Shown here: piece by piece, positions 25,845 through 38,940 of the stretch
How positions within the stretch are numbered: position 1 is the first letter of the stretch
Layout of the letters: the number at the start of each line of letters is the position of its first letter
Origin: the human T2T-CHM13v2.0 reference genome, Homo sapiens
Strand: one strand, 5' to 3'
DNA length: 64,000 nt
NCBI RefSeq assembly: GCF_009914755.1
Contig: NC_060933.1
Translations under genes and position numbers: made by a program
The notes under the pieces: generated by a model
What the model saw: the letters and a program-made list of their open reading frames with translations, nothing else
Database searches by the model: none
Told to the model about the DNA's origin: nothing

Positions 25845-26236
25845 TGTATTAGTTTTCTAAGGCAAACTACCTTAGAAACAAAATACCACAGACCAGGTGG
25901 CTTAAACAATAGAAATTTACTTTCTCACAGTTCTGGAGGCTGGAAGTCCAAGGTCAGGGTGTTGGCAGTGTGGGTTTCTGGTGAGGCCTCTGTCCTTGAC
26001 TTACAGATAGCACCTTTTCTCTGTGTCCCTACATGGCTTTTTCCCTGTGCAAGGATATCCCTGGTTTCTTCCTCCTCTTATAAGGACACCAGTGGAATTG
26101 GAGTAAGGCTCACCCTAATGGCCTGATTTTAAGTTAATTACCTCTTTAAGGACCTTATCTCCAAATGTAGTTGCATTCTGTGGGACTGGGAGTTAGGGCT
26201 TCAACATATGAATTTTGGAAGAGACATAATTCAGCT
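25845..26236 (-). mobile_element. MLT1A/MLT1A0-like MaLR solo LTR
   Basis: 'tgtattagtttt...ggcttaaacaatagaaattta...ctggaggctggaagtccaag...cttataaggacaccag...ttcaacatatgaatttt'. Confidence 0.9.
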
Positions 26237-26544
26237 TTTTGTGAGTAACAAGTCATAACTCTGCTGTTTGAAACAAAGAGTTGCAGAGCCTGGAATGTGT
26301 TCCTCTATCTTTCCACTTGGTGACCTCTCTCTTACGTTCATTTAGCCCAGCTCACGAAACTATTTCCTCTGCACAGTTTCTGTTGAACTCACATACATAG
26401 CTAGATGCAATTCCTTAGATATAATCTGTTATAGCAATTAGTATATTACATTTACTCCATCTAATATAGATACATATATAAATATACACAAATGTATGTA
26501 TATATATGTACACATATAAACATATATGGATAGAGAAAGAGATG

Positions 26545-26780
26545 GGTTTTTTTTGTCCATTTCCCCAGCTAGAATGAAAGCTCCATGGAGAAAAGTACTA
26601 CTTTGATCACCACTGCATTCCCAGAGCCTAGAACATAGCTTTGACAACAATAAGTGCTGATTTTCCTATTCTTATCAGCTGTGAGGTCCAATATTCAGTA
26701 GCTCCTTAAGAGCAGAAAGTGTGTCTGCCTACCCTCCATTGCTTGCTTAACAAATCTTTGTTGAACAAAATAATGAAGGT
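26545..26780 (+). mobile_element. L2 3' end fragments
   Basis: 'ctagaatgaaagctccatgga...cccagagcctagaacatag', 'aaatctttgttgaacaaaataatgaa'. Confidence 0.7.
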
Positions 26781-27629
26781 TTTTACAGGCTGACATTCAA
26801 TTCTTTGAAATTATTTGTGTGGATTACAATTGGAGAAGTTAACATGCTTATTTTGATCCAGAAAGAGGAACATAAACATACATCCTTTTGATTATGAGGC
26901 CATAGTTTAATGGGAAGAAAGGCTTCTGAGTAAAAAAACTGAGCAGAGTTTGAGACCAATTGCTAACAGCATGTTCCTCTCTTTGAGATTTTCTTTTTTG
27001 CACACAAACTTGGTTTGATAGGTTTGACTGACTTGACCATGCCTTGAGGCAAAGAAATATGATAACCATGTACCTAGGGGTGGATTAAGACAAAATAAGG
27101 GGCCATCACAGGGCTCTATCCAATTCTGGCTCTCCACAACTCCCTCTGGGTAAATCCTATAGCTTACACCTGTCCAAGGCAGCAGAAACCTAGACCATCA
27201 CATCTGTCAGTGGCTGCCCAAATAATTAAAGCCATCTGTGCCCAGCATCTCAACACTTCTCAGAATCAGTGTACAGCTCCATAGTTTTTCCCATAAGAAA
27301 TATCTGCAGAATCATGATGGTTAAACAATTTTTTTCAAAATGAAAATCAGAAAGATAAATTCTCTTCAATCCATCTTGACGTTATCAACAAAAAGTCCCA
27401 TTAAATACAGCAGCTGAGATGTTAGGGAAGTCTTCACGATGGAGTTGCTAAATCTCCAAATCAAGTTAGAAGTCAGTGCATGTATTTGCCTGTATTGTTT
27501 TGTTCAGCATAGGGAATCCAACCTACCTGCTTTCTTTGTGTATCTAGTGATGAATATGTTGACTGATTGGAATGCAGCCAAATGCTATTTCATGTTGCGT
27601 CTTCTCCTCAGGGTATTATGGGGCCATGC

Positions 27630-27915
27630 AGGGCAGTATGGAAAAGAACAACACATGGTTAAGAACTCAGGCTCTGGAGTGAAGCACACTTGAATGGCAG
27701 TCCGAACCTTGTCAACTACTTGACCTTGGGTAAATTACTTGACCTTGCTACATTTGTTTCTTCATCTGTAAAATGGAAATGATAATATCTACTTTATTCC
27801 TTATGGTGAAGATTACATGAGAAAATCTATGTTACTTACCTACCAGACTATTGGTACATGGTCAGCACGCAATAAGTGTTAGTTAATACAGTTTTTGTTA
27901 TTGTGGTTGTTACTA
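27630..27915 (+). mobile_element. MIR SINE, near full length
   Basis: 'ggttaagaactcaggctctggagt...gaccttgggtaaattactt...tttcttcatctgtaaaatgg'. Confidence 0.9.
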
Positions 27916-28439
27916 CTGCCACATCATACAGCCTCTACTGAAAAGTCCTGGCTTTCAGTAGACTTAAAAAGGACAATGATTGTGAGACAGGCTCACAATT
28001 TTGCACATTCAATAGAATTGCCATGTCGTTGAGTCTGACTTGGTAATTAATTGGTAAAGTCTCTGAGATAAGGTGATATGATTAGCTCAGAACCATTCCA
28101 CCTTTGATTACTCAATTAGAAACCAAACTTTATAAGATGCTTTCTATCTGCCAGATGCCGTCTTAGGTTCATTTTCTCTCCAGTGATTATTTAAGCCCCA
28201 AGAGAATCCTGTGAAGTAGCTGTTGTGAATGCTGTCCCTCTCCCACACGTTAGCCTACTGGCTTTCCAGTGGTCACACACCTAATATTGTCAAAGCTGTG
28301 AGTGTTTTGTGGACACATGTTTTTTTGTTTATTTGTTTTTGGTTTTTGTTTTGTTTTGTTTTATTTTGTTTTTCCCTTTCAGAATCGTTTTGGTTAACCT
28401 CTTTTCACTCATTCTCAATAATCCAGTTTAATCCCTTTG

Positions 28440-28821
28440 ATTTGAGTGCGACTGAATTCATCCCTCCTGGGGCTAAAGGGATGGTAATAAAGACCTAGGA
28501 CTGACCAATCCTACTAGCTACAGAGAGTTCTGTGGCACGGCTAACTTATTTCTGAACAACTCACATTGAGAGAAAAAGGGCTGCTTTTCTCCTTGAAATT
28601 GCAAGAAAGTATATCCATGGAAACGTGGAGAACTTGAACATTATACATATTGCCACTCACCTCGAGCATACTTAAAAATGAAGATTCCACAGATGAAAGA
28701 AAAGAGAGAGATCGGATAACATCTTTTGAACCCTGAGCTGTAGTTGTGCCTGAAACTAGTTAGGTAAAGTAATAGATTATCACTGTCTCAGGCTACGTTG
28801 AATTGAGTACCCTGCTAATAC
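28440..28821 (+). mobile_element. ERVL LTR (LTR16/LTR33-like)
   Basis: 'aacatcttttgaaccctgagctgtagttgtgcctgaa' and terminal 'ctaataca'. Confidence 0.55.
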
Positions 28822-29204
28822 AGTTCTAGCCAACACAATTGGACCTGTAGAACTCCATACACCTTCATCACACAATTTAAGAATGTATGGTTAGAACAAA
28901 GGATTCCTCTTCTGTGCAAAAGGCTTTTCTATGCACTAGCCTTATTTGGGGGCACTAATATTCTCCTAAATAAGTTGGTATAACTCCTATATTTAGATGC
29001 ATATAAGTCCATAAAATGTCTATATATTCTTTAAACTGATTTGATTGATCTCCTCCTTAGATTTCAGTTTCATTTAGCAGTGAAGCAGCTTTATAGTTTA
29101 TACAAAATAAAATACTTGTATTGAGATGGCTCTAGTATGGTTTCTAGTTTAGTTTAGTTTTGTTTTTTAATAAACTGTAACTAACTTTTTAGGGGAAACG
29201 CTAA

Positions 29205-29400
29205 CTTTGATGCCTGAAGATATATGTTGAACTACCAGCTCTGTTACTTTGCAGCTGTGTGAACTTGGACAAATAGTCCAGCTTTGTGGAACCTGTTTCT
29301 CCTTATTTATAAATGGATATAATAATACCTACATCACAGGGTTAATACAAGAGTTAAATAAGATTGTGCTTACAACACAGTAATATTCTGTAAATGATAA
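29205..29400 (+). mobile_element. MIR SINE
   Basis: 'gcagctgtgtgaacttggacaa...aataatacctacatcacagggtt'. Confidence 0.8.
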
Positions 29401-29455
29401 TGCACTGACTTGGAATATAACATACAATGCAAAGTAGGCATGCACAATATAATTT

Positions 29456-31502
29456 TTTTTTTTTACTTTAAGGTCTAAGGTACATATGCAGAACGAGCAG
29501 ATTTGTTACATAGGTATACATGTGCCATGTTGGTTTGCCACACCCATCAACTCGCCATTTACATTAGGTATTTCTCCTAATGCTGTCCCTCCCCCAACCC
29601 CCAACCCCACAACAGACCCTGGTGTGTGATGTTCCCTGCCCTGTGTCCAAGTGTTCTCACTGTTCATTTCCCACTTATGAGTGAGAACATGCAGTGTTTG
29701 GTTTTCTGTCCTTGTGATAGTTTGCTGAGAATGATGGTTTCCAGTTTCATCCATGTCCCTCCAAAGGACATGAACTCATCCTTTTTTATGGCTGCATAGT
29801 ATCCCATGGTGTATATGTGCCACGTTTTCTTAATCCAGTCTATCACTGATGGACATTTGGGTTGGTTCCAAGTCTTTGCTATTGTGAATAGTGCCACAAT
29901 AAATGTATGTATCCATGCGTCTTTATAGTAGCATGATTTATAATCCTTTGGGTATATACCCAGTAATGGGATCAGTGGGTCAAATGGCATTTCTAGTTCT
30001 AGATCCTTGAGGAATCACCACACTGTCTTCCACAATGGTTGAACTAATTTACACTCCCACCAACAGTAGAAAAGTGTTCCTATTTCTCCACATCCTCTCC
30101 AGTATCTGTTGTTTCCTGACTTTTTAATGATCGCCATTCTAACTGGTGTGAGATGGTATCTCGTTGTGGTTTTGATTTGCATTTCTCTGATGGCCAGTGA
30201 TGATGAGCATTTTTTCATGTGTCTTTTGGCTGCATAAATGTCTTCTTTTGAGAAGTGTCTGTGCATATCATTTGCCCACTTTTTGACGGGGTGGTTTATT
30301 TTTTTCTTGTAAATTTAAGTTCTTTGTAGATTCTGGATATTAGCCCTTTGTCAGGTGGGTAGATTGCAAAAATTTTCTCCCATTCTGTAGGTTGCCTGTT
30401 CACTCTGATGGTAGTTTCTTTTGCTGTGCAGAATCTCTTTAGTTTAATTAGATCCTATTTGTCTATTTTGGCTTTTGTTGCCATTGTTTTTGGTGTTTTA
30501 GTCATGAAGTCCTTGCCCATGCCTATGTCCCGAATGGTATGGCCTAGGTTTTCTTCTAGGGTTTTTATGGCTTTAGGTTTAACATTTAAGTCTTTAATCC
30601 ATTTTGAATTAATTTTTGTATAAGGAAGGGATCCAATTTTAGCTTTCTACATATGGCTAGCCAGTTTCCCTAGCACCATTTATTAAATAGGGAATCCTTT
30701 CCCCATTTCTTGTTTTTGTCAGGTTTGTCAAAGATCAGATGGTTGTAGATGTGTGGTGTTATTTCTGAGGCCTCTGTTCTGATCCATTGGTGTACATATC
30801 AGTTTTGGTACCACTACCATACTGTTTTGCTTACTGTAGCCTTGTACTATAGTTTGAAGTCATCATAATGCCTCCAGCTTTGTTCTTTTTGCTTAGGATT
30901 GCATTGGCAATGCGGGCTCTTTTTTCGTTCCATTTGAACTTTAAAGTAGTTTTTTCCAATTCTGTGAAGAAAGACATTGGTAGCTTGATGGGAATGGCAT
31001 TGAATCTATAAATTACCCTGGGCAGTATTGCCATTTTCATGACATTGATTCTTCCTATCCATGAGCATGGGATGCTTTTCCATTTGTGTGTCCTCTTTTA
31101 TTTCCTTGAGCAGTGGTTTGTAGTACTCCGTGAAGAGGTCATTCACATCCCTTGTAAGTTGGATTCCTAAGTATTTTACTCTCTTTGTAGCAATTGTGAA
31201 TGGGAGTTCACTCATGATTTGGCTCTCTGTTTGTCTGTTATTGGTGTATAAGAATGCTTGTGATTTTTGTACATTGATTTTGTATCTTGAGACTTTGCTG
31301 AAGTTGCTTATCAGCTTAAGGAGATTTTGGACTGAGACAGTGGGGTTTTCTAGATTTACAATCATGTCATCTGCAAACAGGGATAATTTGACTTCCTCTT
31401 TTCCTAATTGAATACCCTTTATTTTCTTCTCCTGCCTGATTGCCCTGGCCAGAACTTCAAACACTGTGTTGAATAGGAGTGGTGAGACAGGGCATCCCTG
31501 TC
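29456..31502 (-). mobile_element. 5'-truncated L1PA (PA6/PA7-like), ~2.05 kb, disrupted ORF2
   Basis: Minus-strand ORFs match L1 ORF2 ([20 protein letters not shown]-terminal domain); TSD tgcacaa(a)tataattt at 29441-29455 and 31503-31518. Confidence 0.95.
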
Positions 31503-31585
31503 TGCACAAATATAATTTTAAAGGTCTGGGTAAATACTTTTTCTTAAGAACCAGTTTAACTTGGTAAATAGTGTCATAGCCTGGG

Positions 31586-31650
31586 ATTTTATGATTATCA
31601 TTTTTATGATTTTATGATTATCATTTTACCATTATTTTATGATTATCATT
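31586..31650. repeat. Short tandem repeat, unit ~attttatgattatcatt (3 copies plus a partial)
   Basis: Directly visible. Confidence 0.85.
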
Positions 31651-31659
31651 GTACTTTTT

Positions 31660-33010
31660 CTCTTTGCAAAAAATTTTAAAATTATACAGAGTATACAAAG
31701 AAGAAGCAATAATCACCCATACTCCCCTCTCCAAATCAATCATTTTCAAGATTTTTGGCATATTTGATTATCTTTTTTCAATATCTACCAATGTTTATTT
31801 TTAAATTTATGCAAACAATAAGGCAATTATAATTAAAAACATTTAGCCCATTACAGATTAAATCATAGTCTCCCAAAAACTCTGTGCCCATACTGACATC
31901 TTCCCACCAATATTAAGGGTATCCTCCATGATAAATTTGTCAGATGAAATAATTCTCAAAATCTTTGTTTTTCACACATACTAGATATTGGGAGAAATAT
32001 TAACTATTGGCTATTGTTTGTTTATGATTGATTCTTGTTAATATGTACAAATCTACTTTCTTCCTTTGAATACTTTATAGTAATTCTGTTTGTAGAATTG
32101 TATTCACCCATTACTCTATAAATACATATTAAAATTGTTTTTAGTTTTTTTTTTCCATATGGGAAACAATACAATACTTCCTCAAGTATTTCATTTCTCT
32201 ATGCAAGTTTTTCTCCAGAATGGTAGGTAGAAAGAAATTTCTGGAGCCTCGGATAAATAATCTGATACTACCATCTTGCCCTTCAGTTAGATTGTGCTAA
32301 TTTAAAGACCATGAGTAACTATACTTAATTTTACTCTTTTTGTCTACATTTGATATTATCAAACTTTTTATCTTTGTCAAACTGGTAGCAGAATGGTAGT
32401 TCATTATTATAATTTACATTTTCTGATTGTTACTGGGGCAGAACCATTTTTATAGAGTGATTCTGATTTTATCTTTTGTGATTACCTACCTGTTCATGTA
32501 TTTTAAACTATATTTTCATTGACTTTTATAAGTTTAGATATATGTGAATTATTTAAAAATTTCAGATGCTCACCTTGGTCTGTTTTGTGTCTGAATATTT
32601 TACAGCTGTAAGTATTTCCTCCCAGATTATTTCTTGTATTTCATTTAGTTTTGTTTTGTTTTACCTTTGTTTATGGTATCTTTGCTTGCCATAGAGTAGT
32701 TTTAAATTTAGAATGATCAAATTTCCATTTTTTCCTTTTCATTTTTGCTACATATCTGATTTTTAAAAAGTCTTCTTGCCTCCAGGGTTATATTATTTTG
32801 TTTCATTATCTTCACATAAAATTACTTTTATTTCTCCAAATATGGGTCTTTAATTCAACTTGAATTTATTTCTGCCTGTGAGTAAAACAATGTTTAGGAT
32901 TCTCAGCCTATACCATTGTTCTTGAAATAGCACCACACCATTTTAAGTACTGTAGTTTTTGTTCGTTTTTTTGGGATGCCTTAATTTCTGGAATGATAAA
33001 AATGGCCTTT
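31660..33010 (-). mobile_element. Highly degraded ancient L1 (L1ME-like) fragments
   Basis: Antisense L1 3' motifs 'ttttctgattgttactgggg', 'tctttaattcaacttgaatttattt', 'caccacaccattttaagtactgtag'. Confidence 0.55.
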
Positions 33011-33044
33011 ATTGTATTTGTAATGCTCATGTATAAGGCATAAA

Positions 33045-33275
33045 GGGGCTTCTAATTAATGAGCACAGCTGTGTGCTGAGCAAGGTGGGTGGAAGACCTT
33101 TTCATATTTTATCTCATATTATGCTCATGTCACCTATATGAAGGAAATGATACTAGCTGATCTTACAGATGAGGAGACAGAAGCTCAGTGGACAGAGTTA
33201 ACTTTCTCAGCAACACACAGCTTGTCAACAGTGGAGTGAAGATTTGAATACCATGTCTATCTTACTCCAAAAGGG
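33045..33275 (-). mobile_element. MIR SINE
   Basis: 'ttacagatgaggagacagaagctcagtg...cacacagcttgt...gatttgaatacc'. Confidence 0.85.
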
Positions 33276-33529
33276 GTAACCTGGCATCTCTCACACGTAG
33301 GTCCATACCATACTTGAAAAACATCAAAATACCTGCTAATTCCTTTCTTGTTTTAAAGCTGTGTTATTCCTAATATTGCAGGAAGATTTGAATACCATGT
33401 CTATCTTACTCCAAAAAGGGTAACCTGGCATCTCTCACACGTAGGTCCATACCATACTTGAAAAACATCAAAATACCTGCTAATTCCTTTCTTTTTTTAA
33501 AGCTGTGTTATTCCTAATATTGCAGGAAG
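33238..33529. repeat. 144-bp tandem duplication (2 copies, 2 mismatches)
   Basis: Copy 1 at 33238-33381, copy 2 at 33382-33525, followed by the shared 'gaag'. Confidence 0.97.
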
Positions 33530-35649
33530 CTGAAAGATGGCACTGTACTTTAATTAGCTATGTGTAAGTTGTGTTGAGGACAAGAAAGATAAGGAAGTAG
33601 AGCCTGTGGTGAAGTTGACCAACTATTACTTATTTTAAGGAATAGTACAGCCTTCATCCCACCCCCACCCCTTAGGCTCAAGCTTTCTTATTCTCCATAA
33701 TTAGTTCCAAATGTTCTTCAGTTTTCAGCTGTCTTCTCCTTCTCTAGACAGAAATCTAATGCCAGCAACGGGCACCAAGGCTTCCCTTTGGCCTTTGCTC
33801 TTTATGACCGGGTCACTGCCTTTAGCAATTAGAAAATCATGGACAATTTCATCTGTCACACACTCCTGCATTTGACTCTGACCTCTATCTGGAATCTGAA
33901 GTTTCCTGGACCAATCTGCCATTTTCCACATGGACTTCCTTCCTGGTGTTGCAATGGAAAGGAATGTCCAAAAGACTTTGGAATAAGGGTGCAAAGGTTC
34001 CTGGCTATAGATTATCCACTCAAGGCTTTGAAATTTTCCAGTTTTCATCTGAGAAGCTGATAGTTAAATTTATCAGGTTGTTCTCTTTGCCAGGGAATAG
34101 AAGTCTAGACTTACCCCTCCCTTTCTTTCGAAGAAGAATGAAGACCTGTCTTTGTTGATTTATGATCTTGGAAAGAAGAGAAGGGCACAAGATAAAATGA
34201 GAGATGTGGAATGCTATGATAAAGTGGGTAACACCTGAGGAATCTCTCCTGCCTAGAGACAAGAGAGATCTTACAGGCTACTGAAGACAGGCAGGTTTTG
34301 TTTTTTCCCAAAGTCTTAAAATGTGCAACTGCATCTACTCTGACTTATCCCATACTGAGGACTTTGAAGTCTCACCAGATTTACCTGAGCTGGCAGCTGA
34401 GTCTTAAGGAGAGATTTCTAAACATGAAGAAGCTTTCTCTTCAAATTGAATGGGTCAGTTCCATTTCCTGTAGCATAACTGAGTAAGAATATGTTCTTGT
34501 CTTTTCAGATAGCAAGTGAATGATAGAAATTATTATATATGAAAGACAAAACACTTCACAGGGAAGGAAGTTTACAAGGCAAGCTTGACCTAAGTTTGGC
34601 CTGGCCGTTCCTTTGGCTATTTGACTTACACCTTGACTGGTCTTTTTGTATCTGAATCCTGTGGCACACACAGGGAGTGAGAACACAGTACCATAGTAAT
34701 GGCAACAGTAAGGGGGGTAGGCAGGGAGTAAGGAGAGTAAATTCACAAGGGCAACATGCCCTTATTTGCTCACCAGATTTTGGAGAACAGCCAGCCATTC
34801 AATGCAATGATCACTTGGTCATATTACTGAATACAGAAGATTGTGTTCATATCACTAAGCAGGCTGTTTTCTTCCACACAGAACACTTCAGAGCCTAACC
34901 TTGAGAAAAGTTAAGGATGCTCTGTATAGCCCAGTGTCCCTGAAATACTGAATGTGTAGCTGAGGGTCAGATTGCAAGAATGGGAATCAGCTCAACTGCA
35001 TTCAAGTTGCAGCTCTGCCTTTTCCTATGTTATCTCAGGTGGGTCTTCCCCATTTTTGACTGGGTTTCTGATAAGTAAAATGATGACTTAAACTAGGTAA
35101 GTTCTAACATCCTTTCAAGATCAAAAGAAATATGGTGCTGTTAACAAATACTTTTTAGCTGCAAAGTATCATATTTCTTTGTGCCAGGGAATCATAGATG
35201 AGAGATTGTTGCTAAGCATGAAGTAGTGCAAATAGAAAAGCCATCCAGGGCTGATATTACATTAGTCCTTTAAGTCATTGATCCTTATTCAAATTTAAGA
35301 AAATGTGGGGACAGTATTAAATTAGCTGTGATATGTGGCCTCTGTTTATGGTCACCACCAGCCACTTGAAGAAAATCCCTTTCTTTCCTCAGACTTAATT
35401 GGTTTGGGGCACTGTAGTCCCCTACTGTCATTGTTACCTTATTCAGTATGAGCTCAGGGGCAATTATCTGTGTATGTGTAAAGCAAACTAGATAGGCCTA
35501 GTTACTAGGAGTACCTTTTATCAAAACATTCCCCAACTATGTTCAGAGAGAAGGATTGGCATTCTGAGAAACTTAGCTTTCTTGAGATATGCTTGAGAAT
35601 CAGCACATATTAAGAAAAAATGTAGAAATAAAAACTTATTATCTATAGC

Positions 35650-36607
35650 CCTGGAAGTTCTGCTTCTGTTAACGGCCAAGTAAGCTCATATCAGACTAAC
35701 TGTTCTGCAAATAACAACTATAAACTCCAAAATAAAAATATAAAAATAATTAACTGAAGGCTAAAGAGGGAACAAACACAGGGACATTCTAAAGGTAAGT
35801 CCATATTTGGAAAAAGGAAATAACATTTTGTTTTCTCCTGAGTGTGTGTGTGTGTTAGCTAGAAAAGAAGCTGTAGTCTGCATTCAGGTTAGCTTAAATT
35901 CCAATATAAAAGCTGCAATTGATCTCTAAAGAACTACTATCTACTATGTGGAGCTCAGGATAATTATAGTTGCTGGAGAGTGAGAGGGGAGAGGAGTACT
36001 GGAAAAAAATGAGAACTAGAAAGGGGAGCCATAAATTCTCTGCGTAACTCTATATAAATCTCTGGTTGACCCTAGAACCATGCATGCACAAAGCAGACGA
36101 CAATCAGCCTAGCTAAGCCTAAATAACTGATCTGATGTTTGAGGTACTGCCCAAGAAACAAAGTTTACTGTCTGAGGCCAAGTTAATTGCCTGCTTAAAG
36201 AACTCAATACTCTTCGGAGAAATATAAAAGAATCCAGAGTCTACATTATAACGTTTCCAATGTCCAAAATATAACCGAAAATTAGCATATGAAAAAAGAA
36301 CAAAGTGTAACCCATTATTAAAGACAATCAACAGGTGCTAGGAAAATTAGATATCCATATGCAGAAGAATGAAACTAGATTCCTATTTCTCACCATATAC
36401 AAAAATCAACTCAAATTGAACTGAAGACAAATGTAAGCCCTTACGCTGTGGAAGTACTAAATGAAAGCATAGGAGAAATGCTTCACAGTATCAATATGGC
36501 CAAGGATATTTTGGATAAAATCTTAAAAACACAGCAAAAATGAACAAATGAGATTACATCAAATGAAGGAGATTCTGAACAGCAAAGAAATAATTAACAG
36601 AATGAAG
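35650..36607 (+). mobile_element. Old L1M 5' region joined to a distal ORF2 fragment
   Basis: L1M-type 5' sequence, then 'gatatccatatgcagaagaatgaaactagattcc...aaaaatcaactcaaa'. Confidence 0.65.
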
Positions 36608-36619
36608 TCTCCTAGCATC

Positions 36620-36790
36620 ATTATCTTATTCAGTGTGAGAAAACATTATTATCTCCTTTAAAAATGAGAAAATTAACATTCAGAGAATTACTTTTGTGCC
36701 CAAGTATGCACAGCTAGTGAATACTGAAGACGAAACTTGAACCCATAGTTGTCTGATTTCAGAACTTGCATTATTTCTGTAATACTGCTT
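36620..36790 (-). mobile_element. MIR SINE
   Basis: 'aaaatgagaaaattaacattcagag...cccaagtatgcacagctagtgaa...cttgaacccatagttgtctg'. Confidence 0.75.
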
Positions 36791-37929
36791 CTAACTGAAG
36801 TCCATATGTGAAAAGAGTCTTTGTTTAGATTTTAAGGGCAACTCTTTTTGTTTATCACCAACCATGTATAAATTTACTTTTCATTATTTGTTTTATGTCA
36901 GAATGTAGAAGGTTCGTTCATTCTATCTTTTATTTAATACCATTTGTAGACTGTCTCCATGTCTATCATTGGTTAGAGGTGAATCAGAAAATAATAACAA
37001 AATGGCAGACTTAAGCCCTATAATATCAATAGTTACCTTAAATGCAAATAGTCTAAATACACAAGTTAAAGACATTGTCAGTGCAGATTTAAAACTATGA
37101 CCCAACTATGTATCTAAAATGAACCTCACTTCAATGCAGTGACATGGGTATGTTCAAGGTAAGAGAATAAAAAAAGATATATAAACATGTTTTCTTTAAA
37201 AAAGCAGAAGCTATTGTAGTAATATTAGATAGTGTAGATTTTGGAGCAAAGGAAATTATCGGAGATAGAGAATATCATTACAGATTAATAAAAGGATCAC
37301 TTCTTCAGAAAGGTGCAATAATCCTAAATATGTGCACATCAAATAACAGAGCCTCAAAATATATGAAGTAAACACTGACAGAGCTAAAATGGATAAATCC
37401 ACAATTATAGATGGGGACTTCAACATCCCATTCTCAGCAATTGATGGTACTAACAGACATAAAACAGCAAAGATGTAGAAAAGAAAAAGACACCAGGATC
37501 TAATTAGGATATATGGAATACAAAATAACATAGTTTTTATGCAAGCACTCATGGAATATTCATTAAGACAGATTATATCCTTGGCCATAAAACAAATCTC
37601 AAAAAATATAAAAAGGTGAAATCATACATGGCATATACTCTGACCATAATGGAATCAAACTACAAATCAATAACAGAAAGCAAAAGGAAACTCTTCAAGA
37701 ACTTGGAAATTAAACAAAACCCATATAGATGATCTTTAGGTCAAACAGGATGTCTCAAATGAAGCAAAATAGATATGAAACTCAATAAAGCTGAAAGTAC
37801 AACACACCAAAACATGCATGATGCAGCTAAAGCAATGCTAGTAGGGAATGTTATAGCACTAAAGACTTACTACATTTAGCCAAGGAAAAATGTCTCAAAA
37901 AATTCTAAATTTCTACCTGAAAAAAAACT

Positions 37930-38940
37930 GGAATTAAACTAAAAAGCTTCTGACTAGCAAAAGAACAGAGTGAACAGGCAGCCTTCGGAATGGAATAAAA
38001 TATTTGCAAACTATGCATCCAAAATGGGGCTAACATCCAGAAATTATGAAGAAACTGAACAACTCAACAACAACAACAGCAAAAATAATTCACTTAAAAA
38101 GTGGGCAAAGGATACTTTTCAAAAGAAGACATACAAATGGCCAAGCATATGAAAAAATGCTCAACATCACTAATCATAGGAAAGCATATGAAAATATGCT
38201 CAATATCACTAATCAGATAAATGCAAATTAAAATCACAATATAATATCATCTTACACCAGTTAGAATGGCTATTATTAAAAGGTCAAAAAACAGCAGATG
38301 TAGGTGAGGATGTGGAGAAAAAGGAATGCTTATACGCTGTTGTTGGGAATGCAAATTAGTGCAACCTCTATGGAAGAAAGCATGGAGATTTCTCAAAGAA
38401 CTAAAACTAGAACTGCTATTCAAGCCAGGAATCCTGTTACTGGGTATCTACCCAAAGGAAAAGATATCATTGTATCACAAAAATATCTGTACTCCTATGT
38501 TTACTACAATACTCTTCACAATAGCAAAGATATGGAATCAACCTAAGGGTTCATCAACAGATGATTGGATAAAGAAAATGTGGTACATATCGACACAATG
38601 GAATAGTATTCATCAATAAAAAAGAATGAAATCATGTATTTTGCAGCAACATGGATGGAACTGGAGGCCATTATCTTATGTGAAACAACTCAGAGCCACA
38701 TACTGCATGTTCTCAGTTATAAGTAGGGGTGCACATGGACACAGACTGTGGAATAATAGGCATTGGAGACTTGGAGAGGTGGGAGAGTAGGAGAGGAATG
38801 AGGAATGAGAAATTACTTAATGGGTACAATGTACATTATTCAGGTAATAGTTACCTTAAAAGCTCAGACTTCATCACTGTGCAATATATCAGTGTAACAA
38901 AACTGCACTTGTATTCCTTAAATTTATGCAAAGAAAAGGG
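37930..38940 (+). mobile_element. Nested younger L1 3' fragment (L1PB4/L1MA1-2-like)
   Basis: ORF 38326-38619 resembles the ORF2 C-terminus; 3'UTR 'cagacttcatcactgtgcaatatatcagtgtaacaaaactgcacttgta'. Confidence 0.85.

Noticed and set aside
28940-28949. Perfect CArG box CCTTATTTGG (another, CCATATTTGG, at 35801-35810)
   Set aside because: Isolated 10-mers are expected by chance in 64 kb of AT-rich DNA; the second is inside an L1
29506-31509. ORFs with reverse-transcriptase motifs
   Set aside because: Frameshifted pieces of a truncated L1 ORF2, not a host gene or a novel RT system
33238-33529. Direct repeats as a CRISPR-like array
   Set aside because: Two abutting 144-bp copies without spacers, in a eukaryotic context with no cas genes
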